DNA of 64,000 bases from Acidimicrobiia bacterium (GCA_965203555.1 CBDBCY010000004.1:672001-736000); one strand, 5' to 3'; counted from the stretch's first letter, positions 48,414 to 59,385 are shown. Notes: a model not told the origin generated them from the sequence alone. Numbers and translations are program-made.

Positions 48414-49250
48414 TCACCCATCCGGCGCCCACCACAGAGTGGCGAACGATCGTGGGCCCTCCTCCACATAGAGACGGTTGCCTCGTGGCACTACGAATTC
48501 TTCCAGCAGCGGACGGAGTTCTTCCCTTCTGGCCCGCGGCGTCACCACTCTCTTTCCGTAGTAATCCAGTATCTCCCGCCAACTCAGGAACCACAGGTCC
48601 GGCGCCCGTTCCCATCGCACCACCCCCACCTCGGCGCCCAATTCGGTCACGACCACTTCCACCAGATCCTCCACGGAAGGACCGTCGGGCCGATCCAAGT
48701 CGTGGATGGCCCGATAGAGATAGTTCATCTTCGTCCAGGGGTGGACATCGGTCATCTCCACCACCACCCCGCGGCGGCAACGCCCGTCCAAACCTCTGAT
48801 GAACGGCGCTATGTCGGCGACGTCGTACACCACATGGCTGGACAGCACCACATCGGCCACAGGAGTGCGAGTCGCAACTGCAGGCCAGGCCCCCACCACC
48901 ACTTCCACCTCCAGTCCCTCGGCGCTTACCTCCTCTTGCAGACCGGCCGCCATTCCGGGATTCTTCTCCACCGCCGTCACCTGGTGTCCGGCTCGGGCGT
49001 AGGGAAGGCAACTGCGGCCCGTGCCCGCCCCCACATCGATCAGCGTCCCGTCGGCACCCAGCATTCTCGAGACCAACGACGTGGTCGGGGTGGTCTCCTG
49101 CCGGGAGCGACTCTCCTGGGTCCTTCTCCTCCACAACTCCGCCGGCCATCCATAGGGGGACTCCTCCGCCTGCTCCATGAGCCGTTCGGGAATGGCCCAG
49201 GACTCCAACTCCGCCTTCCATCGGGCAGCAGGGGCGTCGGAGTAAGCCAT
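48414..49250 (-). CDS. Class I SAM-dependent methyltransferase
   Basis: LIDVGAGTG, VTAVE, ADVVLSSHVVY. Confidence 0.85.
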   Translation of the reverse strand: MAYSDAPAARWKAELESWAIPERLMEQAEESPYGWPAELWRRRTQESRSRQETTPTTSLVSRMLGADGTLIDVGAGTGRSCLPYARAGHQVTAVEKNPGMAAGLQEEVSAEGLEVEVVVGAWPAVATRTPVADVVLSSHVVYDVADIAPFIRGLDGRCRRGVVVEMTDVHPWTKMNYLYRAIHDLDRPDGPSVEDLVEVVVTELGAEVGVVRWERAPDLWFLSWREILDYYGKRVVTPRARREELRPLLEEFVVPRGNRLYVEEGPRSFATLWWAPDG

Positions 49251-49258
49251 GCGCCGCT

Positions 49259-50116
49259 CTAGGCAGGACGCTCCCCGCATCCCGCGAACAGATCAACCTC
49301 CCGGTGTGGAGATTCCACCCTGCTGAAGACCCGCAGGAAGGTCTCCTTTCCCACTATCTCGGGCAGCATTTCCTCGGATACCGACAGCCACGACCAGTCG
49401 GTCGGCACCTGGCTGCGGTGGGCCTGCAGGGCCTTGATCTTGGTGGTGATCCGGTCGCGGACATCCACCGTGGCAGTGACATCCTCGTCGGGGGTGCCTG
49501 CGTAGCGGGCCCGCTCCAGATCCTCTTCGGTGATATCTCCCCGCTCGAACTGGATCTTGGCGTAGTTGACGATCCTGCTCCTCGGCCAGACCGACCAGTA
49601 GAGCTTCACCGGCTCCCACAACCGCTCGCCGTCCTCCAGCGGGAAACGCCCCAGATCGGAGGCGCCGAAAAAGGCGGCGGTTCCCACCCGGTGGACATTG
49701 ATGTGGTCAGGGTGACCGTATCCGCCGAAGGGATCGTATACCGTCATCACCTCCGGCCGGTATTTGCGGATCAACCGCACCATCCGGCCCACGGCGTCCA
49801 TGAAATCAGCTTGCCAGAAGCAATCGGGATGGGAGTTCGCCTCGGTTCCCATCATCCCCGAGTCGCGGTAACCCAACCAGGCGTGATTGTCCACTCCCAG
49901 GATGGAAAGAGCGTTGGCCAGTTCTTCCGCTCTAACCTCCACTAGCCGGGCCGAAATCTCTTCAGGGTTCAGGTAATTGTGCACCTCCCCCTCGGCGCCG
50001 TCGGTGGCGGTAACCACCACCACCTGCTCACCCGCCTCCGCATACATGCTCAGCACACCACCGGTGGAGAGCACTTCGTCATCAGGATGGGCATGGAAAG
50101 CCAAAAGTCCGGGCAC
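49259..50116 (-). CDS. PIG-L family deacetylase (MshB/Mca-like)
   Basis: HAHPDDE, YRDSGMMG, GGYGHPDH, AHRSQ. Confidence 0.88.
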   Translation of the reverse strand: MPGLLAFHAHPDDEVLSTGGVLSMYAEAGEQVVVVTATDGAEGEVHNYLNPEEISARLVEVRAEELANALSILGVDNHAWLGYRDSGMMGTEANSHPDCFWQADFMDAVGRMVRLIRKYRPEVMTVYDPFGGYGHPDHINVHRVGTAAFFGASDLGRFPLEDGERLWEPVKLYWSVWPRSRIVNYAKIQFERGDITEEDLERARYAGTPDEDVTATVDVRDRITTKIKALQAHRSQVPTDWSWLSVSEEMLPEIVGKETFLRVFSRVESPHREVDLFAGCGERPA

Positions 50117-50256
50117 GCCTGCCCACAATAGCACCGCTGCGACTCTTGAAAGTCTATGGGCCGATCATGCAGTCGAGGGAACTTCGGTCCCACTCTCGAG
50201 TCGGATCGGAAGCATTCCTTCATCAAGCCTGTAAAATATCCACCATAGCTGACACG

Positions 50257-52335
50257 ATGTACCAGGTTCTTCGACCCGATGGGACTGTTGCCCTGCCTGA
50301 GGTAGCCGAGAGCTACTCGCCGGAGGTTCTCAAGCGTATCTATTCGGAGATGGTGGCGGGGCGTTCTCTGGACCGGCGGATGATGTCGTTGCAGCGCCAG
50401 GGGCGGATGGGGACCTTTGCTCCAATGGAAGGCCAGGAGGCGATCTGTATCGGCGCCGCCTTGGCCTTGCAACCCGAGGACTGGGTCTTTCCCTCCTACC
50501 GGGAACATGCCACTGTCCTCAACAAGGGACTGCCGCTGCAAACTTTTCTGGAGTTCTACAGGGGTCACGGCTACGTCAACTGGGATGTCCGTCGATACCG
50601 TACCGGCCTGTACACCATTCCCATCTCCACCCATCTTCCCCATGCGGTGGGACAGGCCTATTACGCAAAGCTACGCGGTGAGAAAGGCATCACTTCGGTG
50701 TTCTTCGGAGACGGCGCCACCTCGGCGTCCGATTTCCATTCGGGAATGAACTTCGCGGGAGTTTGGAAGCTTCCGGTGGTGTTCATCTGTTCCAACAACC
50801 AGTACGCCATCTCGCTTCCCTTCAGTTCACAAACCGGGGCCGAGACCATTTCCCAGAAAGCCGTCGCCTACGGATTCGAGGGCATCCGGGTGGACGGGAT
50901 GGATCCTCTGGCTGTCCACTCCGCGGTTGCCGAAGCCGCGAGAAAGGCCCGCCAGGGCGGCGGTCCCACCCTGATCGAGGGAGTGACCTACCGGTTCGGA
51001 CCCCATGCCACCGCCGACGACCCCCGTCGGTACCGCTCCCCCGACGAAGAGCAATCGTGGCGGGCCTTCGATCCCTTGATCCGCATGCGCCGCCACCTGG
51101 AGAACACCGGCCTGTGGAACGACCGCTTGGAGAAAATGGCCCGGACCGAATTGGAAGCCGCCATGGACGAGGTCATGGCGGACATCGAGGCTCGGCCCCT
51201 TCCCAAAAGGGACCGGGCGATCACCCAGGTTTACCAGCGCATCCCCCGAGCCTTGGCCGAACAGTTCCACCAGTCGCAGAATGCGCGCGGCGAGCCTACC
51301 AGCGACTTCTCATCACTCATCTGGGAAGCCGGCCGAGAGATTCCTCCCGATCCCGAGCCGTCGGAAAGTTGGAATATGGCCCAGGCGATCAACGCCGCCT
51401 TGGGAGAGGCGATGGACCGTTATCCCGAGGCGATCATCCTGGGCGAGGACGTGGGACGCACCGGCGGGGTGTTCCGCATCACCGAGGATTTGCAGATCAA
51501 ATACGGGTCCGAGCGGGTGATCGACACCCCGCTGTGCGAGACGGGAATCGTGGGAACCGCCATAGGCATGGCCATCGCCGGCGCCCGACCGATCGTGGAG
51601 ATACAGTTCGACGGGTTCCTGTACAACTGCTTCGAGCAGATCGCCACCCATCTGTCCCGGATGCGCTATCGCACCCAGGGCGGCCTGGATCTGCCAATGG
51701 TGGTGCGCTTCCCCAACGGCGGCGGCATCAACGCCCACGAGTTCCACAACGAAAGCCCCGAGGCTCTTTTCTGCCACCTGCCCGGGATGGTGGTGATCTG
51801 CCCCTCCACCCCCACCGACGCCAAGGGTCTGCTGGCGGCGGCCATCGACTCCCCCGACCCGGTGATATTCGCCGAGCCCAAGGTGCTCTACCGGGCGGGA
51901 CGCGAATCGGTCCCCAGCCGCTACTACACGATTCCCATCGGCCGGGCCGCCATCCGGCAGACGGGAAGCGACGTGACGGTTGTCACCTACGGCGGCATGG
52001 TCCCGGTGGCGCTGCGGGCCGCCGATCAGTTGGCTGACGAGGCTTCGGTAGAAGTTATAGACTTGCGCACCCTCTACCCCTGGGACAAGGAGACGGTGCT
52101 CTCCTCGGTGACCCGCACCGGACGCCTGGTGGTAGTGCAGGAGCCTCCGCAGACGGCCGGGATGGCGGCCGAGATCGCCGCAACAGTGGCAGAGGAGGCT
52201 ATTTACGACCTGGCTGCCCCGGTGGTACGGGTTACCGGGTTCGACGCTCCCCTGCCCCCCTTCGCAATTGAGTCCTACGGCGTATTGGACGTGCCGGACG
52301 TGAAAGCCGGCATCATGCGGGCCTTGGCCGAATGA
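50257..52335 (+). CDS. Fused alpha-beta E1 of a 2-oxoacid (pyruvate or branched-chain) dehydrogenase; start uncertain
   Basis: GQEA, GDGATS...NN TPP motif, HATADDP, then GEDVG..GGVFR, DTPLCE, EIQF, all in one frame. Confidence 0.9.
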   Translation: MYQVLRPDGTVALPEVAESYSPEVLKRIYSEMVAGRSLDRRMMSLQRQGRMGTFAPMEGQEAICIGAALALQPEDWVFPSYREHATVLNKGLPLQTFLEFYRGHGYVNWDVRRYRTGLYTIPISTHLPHAVGQAYYAKLRGEKGITSVFFGDGATSASDFHSGMNFAGVWKLPVVFICSNNQYAISLPFSSQTGAETISQKAVAYGFEGIRVDGMDPLAVHSAVAEAARKARQGGGPTLIEGVTYRFGPHATADDPRRYRSPDEEQSWRAFDPLIRMRRHLENTGLWNDRLEKMARTELEAAMDEVMADIEARPLPKRDRAITQVYQRIPRALAEQFHQSQNARGEPTSDFSSLIWEAGREIPPDPEPSESWNMAQAINAALGEAMDRYPEAIILGEDVGRTGGVFRITEDLQIKYGSERVIDTPLCETGIVGTAIGMAIAGARPIVEIQFDGFLYNCFEQIATHLSRMRYRTQGGLDLPMVVRFPNGGGINAHEFHNESPEALFCHLPGMVVICPSTPTDAKGLLAAAIDSPDPVIFAEPKVLYRAGRESVPSRYYTIPIGRAAIRQTGSDVTVVTYGGMVPVALRAADQLADEASVEVIDLRTLYPWDKETVLSSVTRTGRLVVVQEPPQTAGMAAEIAATVAEEAIYDLAAPVVRVTGFDAPLPPFAIESYGVLDVPDVKAGIMRALAE

Positions 52336-52886
52336 GCGAACCACCTGTCGTCACGGTGTTCGGCTCGCATTCCGTAACACCCGAACAACCCGAATACGCC
52401 CAGGCCCACCAACTGGGACGGACCCTGGCAGAAGCGGGCGCCAATGTCGCAACCGGCGGCTACGGAGGCGTGATGGAAGCCGTTTCAGAGGGCGCGGCGG
52501 GGGGCGGAGCGGAGGTAATCGGCGTGACTGCGCCTCGGCTCTTCCCTCATCGGGCGGGCCCCAATCGGTTCGTCCGAACCGAGATTCCCGCCCACGACAT
52601 ATACGAACGCGACCGTTTCCTGCTCGAGATGGCCTCTGCTACCATCACCCTTCCCGGCAGCATTGGCACCATCGTCGAATTCGCCGAAGCATGGAGGGGG
52701 GCGTTGTTGGCGTCGCCGTCACGGCGTAATCCCAATGTAGCCGTTGGCGAGACCTTTCGGAGGTTGGCAGACGTGATGATCGAAGAGTTCAGCGTTCATC
52801 CCGAAGGTATGATCTGTGTCCCCACCGCCGAAGAGGCCGCCCGGGTAGTCCTGGAACACCTCGGATTGGAGAAACGCAGTGAGTGA
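52332..52886 (+). CDS. LOG-family (Rossmann-fold) protein
   Basis: VFGS, TGGYGGVMEA, LPGSIGTIVE (variant of PGGxGTxxE). Confidence 0.82.
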   Translation: MSEPPVVTVFGSHSVTPEQPEYAQAHQLGRTLAEAGANVATGGYGGVMEAVSEGAAGGGAEVIGVTAPRLFPHRAGPNRFVRTEIPAHDIYERDRFLLEMASATITLPGSIGTIVEFAEAWRGALLASPSRRNPNVAVGETFRRLADVMIEEFSVHPEGMICVPTAEEAARVVLEHLGLEKRSE

Positions 52887-53754
52887 AGTCGTCAGAGCGG
52901 CAGGCGGCGTGGTGTTCCGCTTCGCCCCCCGGGATGAGCCTGAGGTGCTGGTCATCCATCGTCCCCGCTATGACGACTGGTCACTGCCCAAGGGAAAGAA
53001 CGACCCCGGCGAATTCTCCCAAGACGCGGCGGTCCGGGAGGTATGGGAGGAGACCGGTTATCGATGCCGGGTGATCGCCCCGCTGGGAAACCAGGAATAC
53101 ATGTCACCGACCGGATGGAAACGGGTGGACTATTACGCCATGACATCCTGGTCGAAGACCGGTTTCCAACCGGGAGCGGAAGTGGACGAGATGCGATGGA
53201 TTCCGGTCTCCAAAGCCGGACTGCTCACCTACGCCCGCGATCGTAAACTGGTGAGAGCCGCCGACTACGAGACCCTGCAATCGACCAGAACCCTGTTCGT
53301 GGTTCGCCACGCGGCGGCTGGAAGCCGACAGCGATGGACTGACCCCGACCATATCCGGCCCCTGACCGACAAGGGCTGGCGGCAGGCGCGCTCCATAGCC
53401 GATCGCCTTGCCCCCGAAGGGATCGAAAGACTGGTGTCCAGTCCCTATGTGCGGTGTACCCAGACCCTCGAGCCGCTGGGAGAGATGCTGGGCATCCCGG
53501 TGGAGGAGCACCCGGCGCTGGCCGAGGGGGGCGGGATGGCGTCCACCATGCGACTCATCAAAGAACTTTCCGGGACCAACGTGGCACTATCGAGTCATGG
53601 AGATGTCATCCCTTCCGCCATCTTCCGTCTGGCCGAGGCCGGAACCTCCCTGTCGCATCCCATCTACTTCTGCAAGAAAGGCTCGATCTGGGCGGTGAAC
53701 GTGATCGGAGGAGAGCCTCTTTCCGCCCATTACGAGCCTCCGCCGAAGGTGTAG
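52879..53754 (+). CDS. NUDIX plus histidine phosphatase fusion (MutT1-like)
   Basis: HRPRYDDWSLPKGK...AVREVWEETG; then VRHA, SSPYVRC, SHG. Confidence 0.88.
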   Translation: MSEVVRAAGGVVFRFAPRDEPEVLVIHRPRYDDWSLPKGKNDPGEFSQDAAVREVWEETGYRCRVIAPLGNQEYMSPTGWKRVDYYAMTSWSKTGFQPGAEVDEMRWIPVSKAGLLTYARDRKLVRAADYETLQSTRTLFVVRHAAAGSRQRWTDPDHIRPLTDKGWRQARSIADRLAPEGIERLVSSPYVRCTQTLEPLGEMLGIPVEEHPALAEGGGMASTMRLIKELSGTNVALSSHGDVIPSAIFRLAEAGTSLSHPIYFCKKGSIWAVNVIGGEPLSAHYEPPPKV

Positions 53755-53851
53755 ACGAGCTGGACAGGACCGGATTGGGACCTGAGATCCCCAGATCAGC
53801 CACCCCTTGACGACCGCGGATTTCGGGTCAGGTATAATTTTGGAACGCTTT

Positions 53852-54529
53852 ATGGCCTCCGTACAGACCACACTCCAAAGAACCCCCCTCGGCCTGCAGA
53901 TCTCTCAAGAGTTGCGACGGCAGATTCTGTTCGGACACCTCCACCCCGGCACTCCCCTCACCCAGCAGGACCTGTGCGATCGGTTCGGCACCAGCCGCAT
54001 GCCGGTTCGCGATGCGATCAACATGCTGGTGATGGACGGGTTGGCCACCCGGCCCAACAACCGGGACGCGGTGGTGGCTGACATAACGCCCGAAGACATT
54101 TTGGATGCGTTCGAAGTGAACGCCCACCTTCACGCCCTGGCATCCGTGCGAGCCATCACCAGGGGAACGCCCGATGAACGCAGCCGATTGCTGAACATCC
54201 ACCGCGAGTTGGGAGATGCCGTAAAGAACGGAAACCTGCCCCGCAGCGCCGAATTGAACGGACGCTTCCATCGGCAGCTCAACCGCATGTCGCACTCCAA
54301 CCCGATCATCACCGCTTTGAAGCGGGTTACCGCCTTTGTCCCCGACGACTTCGTCAAGGAGGCACCGGATTACGCTATCCGAGGCTACGAGGAACACCAA
54401 TCGATCATGGACGCCTTTCTGCGCGGCGAGGAGGAAAAGCTCTATCGAATGATCACCCACCATGTGATGTCGGTCGCCGATGAACTGGTCGAAATGCTCT
54501 CCAATCACAGGCGTGAACCCGGTTCATAG
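53852..54529 (+). CDS. GntR (FCD) transcriptional regulator
   Basis: wHTH GTSRMPVRDA; FCD motifs NGRFH and EEH; TATAAT at 53833. Confidence 0.88.
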   Translation: MASVQTTLQRTPLGLQISQELRRQILFGHLHPGTPLTQQDLCDRFGTSRMPVRDAINMLVMDGLATRPNNRDAVVADITPEDILDAFEVNAHLHALASVRAITRGTPDERSRLLNIHRELGDAVKNGNLPRSAELNGRFHRQLNRMSHSNPIITALKRVTAFVPDDFVKEAPDYAIRGYEEHQSIMDAFLRGEEEKLYRMITHHVMSVADELVEMLSNHRREPGS

Positions 54530-54812
54530 CCCTCCGGCTCGATGCCTTCGAGGTGAAGGTCCACCTCCACGCTCTGGCGACTGCGCAAGCCCATAACACG
54601 GGGCGCCTCCGAGAAACGGGAGCGTCGGCAGAACCATCACGAGGAGGTGGCGCCCAACAATCGGTGACATACCCCCATACCAGCCTCAGGCGCTCAGGGA
54701 TAGATCAGGACAATTCCCCATAGGCCAACGGCTCGAGATGTCGGATAGTTAAGGCATGAGCAACATGCGGCCAATTACGCATTCCGCCGGTATCCGGCAA
54801 GAATCACTGATC

Positions 54813-55568
54813 ATGTCATCAACCGACCACACCTCTAGGTCCACTCACCCGGCGGTCCGGATGGTGGACGGCGTCAAGATCTACGGGGAGGGTGAGACCG
54901 CCGTCCGCGCCCTCAGAGGTATCTCCCTGAGCATCGAGCGGGGCCGTTTCACGGCCATCATGGGGCCTTCCGGATCGGGTAAGTCGACCCTGCTCCACAC
55001 CCTGGCCGGCCTGGACACCCTGGAAGAAGGGGAGGTGTTTATCGACGGGACCGCGCTCTCCACCCTCAAGGACCGAGAACTAACTCTCCTGCGGAGAGAG
55101 AAGGTGGGATTCGTCTTCCAGACCTTCAACCTGATCCCCACCCTCAACGCCTCCGAGAACATCCTGTTGCCTCTCTCCATCGCCCGGGAGGACCCCGAAC
55201 GCGACTGGTTCAACCAGATAGTGGAGACTCTGGGGCTGGGCGACCGCCTCAAGCATCTTCCCAGCCAACTCTCGGGCGGCCAGCAGCAGCGGGTGGCGGT
55301 GGCCCGGGCCTTGATGTCGCGTCCCATCATCGTCTGCGCCGACGAGCCGACCGGCAACCTCGACTCCCGAGCCTCCGATGAACTGCTGGGGTTTATCCGA
55401 GGCGCCGTGGACGAGATCGGCCAGACGATAGTGATGGTCACACACGACCCTCTGGTGGCGGCCTACGCCGACGAGGTGGTGTTTCTCGACGACGGTCTCA
55501 TCACCAGCCGAATGGCCGACCCCAACGCCGAGGCTATCTTCGACCATCTGAAGTCGCTGGGCGAATAG
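54813..55568 (+). CDS. ABC transporter ATPase (LolD/MacB-like)
   Basis: [28 protein letters not shown]. Confidence 0.93.
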   Translation: MSSTDHTSRSTHPAVRMVDGVKIYGEGETAVRALRGISLSIERGRFTAIMGPSGSGKSTLLHTLAGLDTLEEGEVFIDGTALSTLKDRELTLLRREKVGFVFQTFNLIPTLNASENILLPLSIAREDPERDWFNQIVETLGLGDRLKHLPSQLSGGQQQRVAVARALMSRPIIVCADEPTGNLDSRASDELLGFIRGAVDEIGQTIVMVTHDPLVAAYADEVVFLDDGLITSRMADPNAEAIFDHLKSLGE

Positions 55569-58112
55569 ATGCTCCGAACCGCCGTAAAAGGGATGTGGGC
55601 TCACAAGTTGCGGCTCACCCTCACCGCCCTCTCAATCGTGTTGGGGGTGGCGTTCGTGGTGGGAAGCTTTGTGTTCACCGATACTATCCAGGACGGTTTC
55701 GACAAACTCTTCGGGGATACCTTCGCCGGGGTGGATGTGCAAGTGGAGGCGGAGGTGCTCGACTTCGCCCAGCAGGGAGAAGGGGCGCCCTCCTTCGACG
55801 AAGATCTGCTGGATCAAATCGCCGCGGTCCCCGGAGTGGAGGAGGCGGCGCCGTCGGTGAGAGGGTTCGCGCAACTGCTTGACCCCGAGGGCAACCTCCT
55901 GGGTGTCTCCGGGCCTCCCAAGTTCGCTTTCTCGTGGGTGGACAACTCCACCGTGAACCGGCTCACAATCCTGGAAGGCGACGGCCGGCCGCCCACCGGA
56001 GCGGGCGAGGTGGTGGTGGACATCGCAACGGCCAACCGACACGACATAGCGGTCGGCCAAGAGGTGGACGTGGCCTTCGAGAACGGAAAGGGCCGCTTTC
56101 TGGTGGTAGGTCTGGCCACTTCGGTGACTCAGACCGACTTCGGGACCAGTTCCCTGCTCCTCTTCGAAAAACGGGAGACCCAACGCATGCTGGGACTGGA
56201 GGGACAGCTCACCTCCATTGTCATCCAGGCACAGGAGGGAGTCTCCCCCGGAGAACTTCTGGAACGGGTCGAGGCGATACTCCCCGAGGGACTTACGGCG
56301 GCCACGGGCGAAGAACTGGAGCAGTCGGTGGTCGAAGATCTGGAGACCGCTCTCGGGTTTTTCAATACCGCCCTGCTGGTGTTCGCGGCGGTGGCCATCC
56401 TGGTGGGCGCGTTCATCATCCAGAACACCTTCCGCATCATCGTCGCCCAGCGACTCCGGGAACTGGCGCTGCTCCGGGCCATCGGGGCGACCTCCCGTCA
56501 GGTCGTCAGGATGGTGGTCACCGAGGCGGGCCTGGTGGCGCTGGTGGCGTCGGCACTGGGGGTGGGCGCCGGAGTCGCTCTGGCATACGGCATGAGAGAA
56601 GCACTGGGGCTGGCGGGATTCTCCTTCCCCCGCGGCGACTTGGTGGTCGAGACCCGCACCATCGTCCTGGGGATGGTGGTGGGAGTGGTGATCACGGTGA
56701 CTTCCGCCCTGCTTCCCGCCTTCCAGGCGTCGTCGGTACCGCCGGTGGCCGCTCTGAGAGTCGGCGCCGGCCATACCAAGCGGGCTTCCCTTCGCAGGAG
56801 GGCGATAATCGGAATTGCGGTCACCTGTCTGGGCATCGTCGGTCTGGCGGTTGGGCTGGTGTGGTTGGGAATCACCTGGGTGGGCGCCGGCGCTCTGCTC
56901 CTGTTCCTGGGGGTGGCCATTCTCGCTCCGTTGGTGGCCCGTCCTGCCGGGTCGTTCCTGGGCTGGCCGCTCCCCCGCCTGTTCGGTCTGCCGGGTCTCC
57001 TGGCCAAGGAGAACACTCGCCGCCAGCCCCGCCGCACCGCAGCCACCGCCTCGGCGCTGATGATCGGAATCGCCCTGGTGTCCTTCGTGGCGGTGCTGTC
57101 CAGTTCCATCCGCGACTCGGTGAGACAGTCTCTCCTGGAGACCTTCGCCGCCGACCTGACCATCACCTCGGTCAACTTCAACACCGGGGTCAGCGGCGAG
57201 TTCGTGGAAGAACTTTCCCAACTGGACGATCTGGCCGCCGTCTCACCGGTGCGAGTGGGTTTCGTGCGGATCACCACCGCCGACGAGTCGGTGGAGGTTG
57301 TAACCAACATCGCCGCCATCGACCCGGCCACCGTGGAGCAGGTGTGGGCCACCGGCGCCGAACCCGGCATCGAGGCGGTGGTGGAGGGAATGATCGTGGA
57401 GACCAATCAGATGGAAGAATGGGGCTGGGCCGTGGGAGACACCCTCACCCTGGAGTTTCCCTCGGGAGAGAGCACCGAACTCGAGGTCACGGGAACTCTG
57501 GCCTCGGTGGCATTCGGGGGGGCACTCATCTCCGAAGAGCGCTACCTGCAGTATTACGACCTGACCGCACCCGCCGTGGTGTTCGTTGCCGTGGGCGAAG
57601 GAGTGCCGCTCGATCAAGCCCAGGGTCAGGTTCAGAATCTGGCGGCCGACTATCCACTGGTGCAGGTCCAGAGCAAGAGCGAGTTCGCCGCCGACTTCGA
57701 GAACCAGATCGACCAGTTGGTAACGATCTTCAACGGACTCTTGGCGCTGGCCATCGTCATCGCCATCCTGGGCATCACCAACACCCTGGCGCTATCCATC
57801 ACCGAGCGCATCCGGGAGATCGGGCTGTTGCGAGCGGTGGGGATGGTCCGCCGCCAAGTGCGTCGCATGGTCCGCTGGGAGGCGGTGGTGGTGGCGGTGT
57901 TCGGAGCGGTGCTGGGGATACTCCTGGGCGGCGTCCTGGGCTGGGCGGTGCGGTTGGCCCTGGCCGACGACGGCCTCGAAGTGTTCAGCCTCCCGGCAAC
58001 TCAACTGCTCATCTACATTGCTCTGGCCGGAGTGGCCGGAGTAATAGCCGCCATCCTCCCGGCGCGCTCCGCCAGTCGCATCAAGATCCTGGACGCCATC
58101 GCCTACGAATAG
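55569..58112 (+). CDS. ABC transporter permease with two FtsX domains
   Basis: QRLRELALLRAIGA and ERIREIGLLRAVG, each following a large extracellular domain. Confidence 0.92.
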   Translation: MLRTAVKGMWAHKLRLTLTALSIVLGVAFVVGSFVFTDTIQDGFDKLFGDTFAGVDVQVEAEVLDFAQQGEGAPSFDEDLLDQIAAVPGVEEAAPSVRGFAQLLDPEGNLLGVSGPPKFAFSWVDNSTVNRLTILEGDGRPPTGAGEVVVDIATANRHDIAVGQEVDVAFENGKGRFLVVGLATSVTQTDFGTSSLLLFEKRETQRMLGLEGQLTSIVIQAQEGVSPGELLERVEAILPEGLTAATGEELEQSVVEDLETALGFFNTALLVFAAVAILVGAFIIQNTFRIIVAQRLRELALLRAIGATSRQVVRMVVTEAGLVALVASALGVGAGVALAYGMREALGLAGFSFPRGDLVVETRTIVLGMVVGVVITVTSALLPAFQASSVPPVAALRVGAGHTKRASLRRRAIIGIAVTCLGIVGLAVGLVWLGITWVGAGALLLFLGVAILAPLVARPAGSFLGWPLPRLFGLPGLLAKENTRRQPRRTAATASALMIGIALVSFVAVLSSSIRDSVRQSLLETFAADLTITSVNFNTGVSGEFVEELSQLDDLAAVSPVRVGFVRITTADESVEVVTNIAAIDPATVEQVWATGAEPGIEAVVEGMIVETNQMEEWGWAVGDTLTLEFPSGESTELEVTGTLASVAFGGALISEERYLQYYDLTAPAVVFVAVGEGVPLDQAQGQVQNLAADYPLVQVQSKSEFAADFENQIDQLVTIFNGLLALAIVIAILGITNTLALSITERIREIGLLRAVGMVRRQVRRMVRWEAVVVAVFGAVLGILLGGVLGWAVRLALADDGLEVFSLPATQLLIYIALAGVAGVIAAILPARSASRIKILDAIAYE

Positions 58113-58236
58113 GCAACCCTACCGACTTCCGAGCAAAGGCTTGGCTTCCCCCCGGTTGCCGCCTCGGAGTGGTCACCAGCCTTTCCCGCCATCTAATACT
58201 GTCAGTACCGACAGCGGCAACCTATAGTGGCACAAA

Positions 58237-59223
58237 ATGCTTCTACGCCAACCCCTGCCGCAACTCGATCTCGCTCTCACCCCCACTCCGCTCCAGGAGT
58301 TCCCCCGATTGAGGGAAGCATGGGGCGGTCCCCGTATCTGGGTGAAGCGCGACGATCTGACCGGTTTCGGCCTGTCCGGTAACAAGGTCCGAAAGTTAGA
58401 GTTTCACCTGGCCGCGGCTCTTGAGGCGGGCGCCGACACCGTGATCACATGCGGGGCATTCCAGTCGAACCATTGCCGGGCTACTGCACTGGCCTGTGCC
58501 CGGTTCGGTCTCGATGTGCGGTTGGTGCTCCGAACCTCCGACGGAAAGAAACCGGCCACGAAGGCAGCCAACCTGCTCATCGACATGCTGGCCGGCGCCA
58601 CGATCCGGTATATATCACAGGAACAGTGGGAGGACCGGGATGCCATCATGGCCGATGAAGCGGCCGAGTTGACCACCGAGGGCCGCACGGCATATGTGAT
58701 CCCCCAGGGAGCCTCCGACAAGTTGGGGATGTGGGGGATGTCGCTGGGCTTTCGGGAGTTGGTGGAACAGATTCCCCAACAGATCGGCGCCGAAGTCGCC
58801 GAGGTGTGGCACACTGGCTCCTCGGGAGGCACTACCTCCGGGTTTGGCTGGGGGGCGGACCGGACCGGTTTCCAGACCCCGCTGGTGGCCCTCTGCATAT
58901 CGGAGCCGGCTGCCTCCTTGGAGGCGCGTGTGATGCGGATCTGGAGGTCAGGGGTAGAAGCCTTCGGAGGGGAGATGCCGTCACCACGCCTTGAGTACAT
59001 CGATCGCTACCTGACCGGTGGATACGCCATGGTCACCGACGAACTGGTTGCAGTACAGACCGAGGCCACCCGGCTCACCGGCTTGCTGTTCGACCCGACC
59101 TATACCGGAAAAGCGATCTATGGCCTGCGGAAGGAGATCGCCGCCGGCCGCTTCCAAGACGACGACCATGTTGTTTTCTGGCACACCGGAGGAGGATTCG
59201 GCGCCCTGGTCGACCGGAGTTAG
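58237..59223 (+). CDS. D-cysteine desulfhydrase-family PLP enzyme (not ACC deaminase)
   Basis: KRDD...GNKVRKLE, SNH, DPTYTGK and HTGG; lacks the Glu/Leu pair diagnostic of AcdS. Confidence 0.85.
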   Translation: MLLRQPLPQLDLALTPTPLQEFPRLREAWGGPRIWVKRDDLTGFGLSGNKVRKLEFHLAAALEAGADTVITCGAFQSNHCRATALACARFGLDVRLVLRTSDGKKPATKAANLLIDMLAGATIRYISQEQWEDRDAIMADEAAELTTEGRTAYVIPQGASDKLGMWGMSLGFRELVEQIPQQIGAEVAEVWHTGSSGGTTSGFGWGADRTGFQTPLVALCISEPAASLEARVMRIWRSGVEAFGGEMPSPRLEYIDRYLTGGYAMVTDELVAVQTEATRLTGLLFDPTYTGKAIYGLRKEIAAGRFQDDDHVVFWHTGGGFGALVDRS

Positions 59224-59385
59224 CCGTACAGATCGGCAAGAATTCCGGTCAAGAAGACCCGATTTGCTGCCGCAAGCCCTGGGAACAGTCAACCATCACG
59301 TCAGGAGAATGGAGCGTTGGGAAACGATGTTGGACGGGTGGCTTGTGTGCGTTTGGTCGATCGCAGACCAAAACTTCGCCAGCCT

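Noticed and set aside
53807-53838. TTGACG as the -35 for the GntR TATAAT
   Set aside because: The 20-bp spacer is too long
55632-58312. Very long alternative-frame ORFs (792 aa plus, 529 aa minus); likewise 2342-3874, 14295-15641, 28664-30181, 38985-40481 and 50763-52037
   Set aside because: Shadow ORFs over clear genes, expected from high-GC codon bias; no motifs
58237-59223. ACC deaminase call
   Set aside because: Has Thr/Thr (YTGK, HTGG) in place of the diagnostic Glu/Leu
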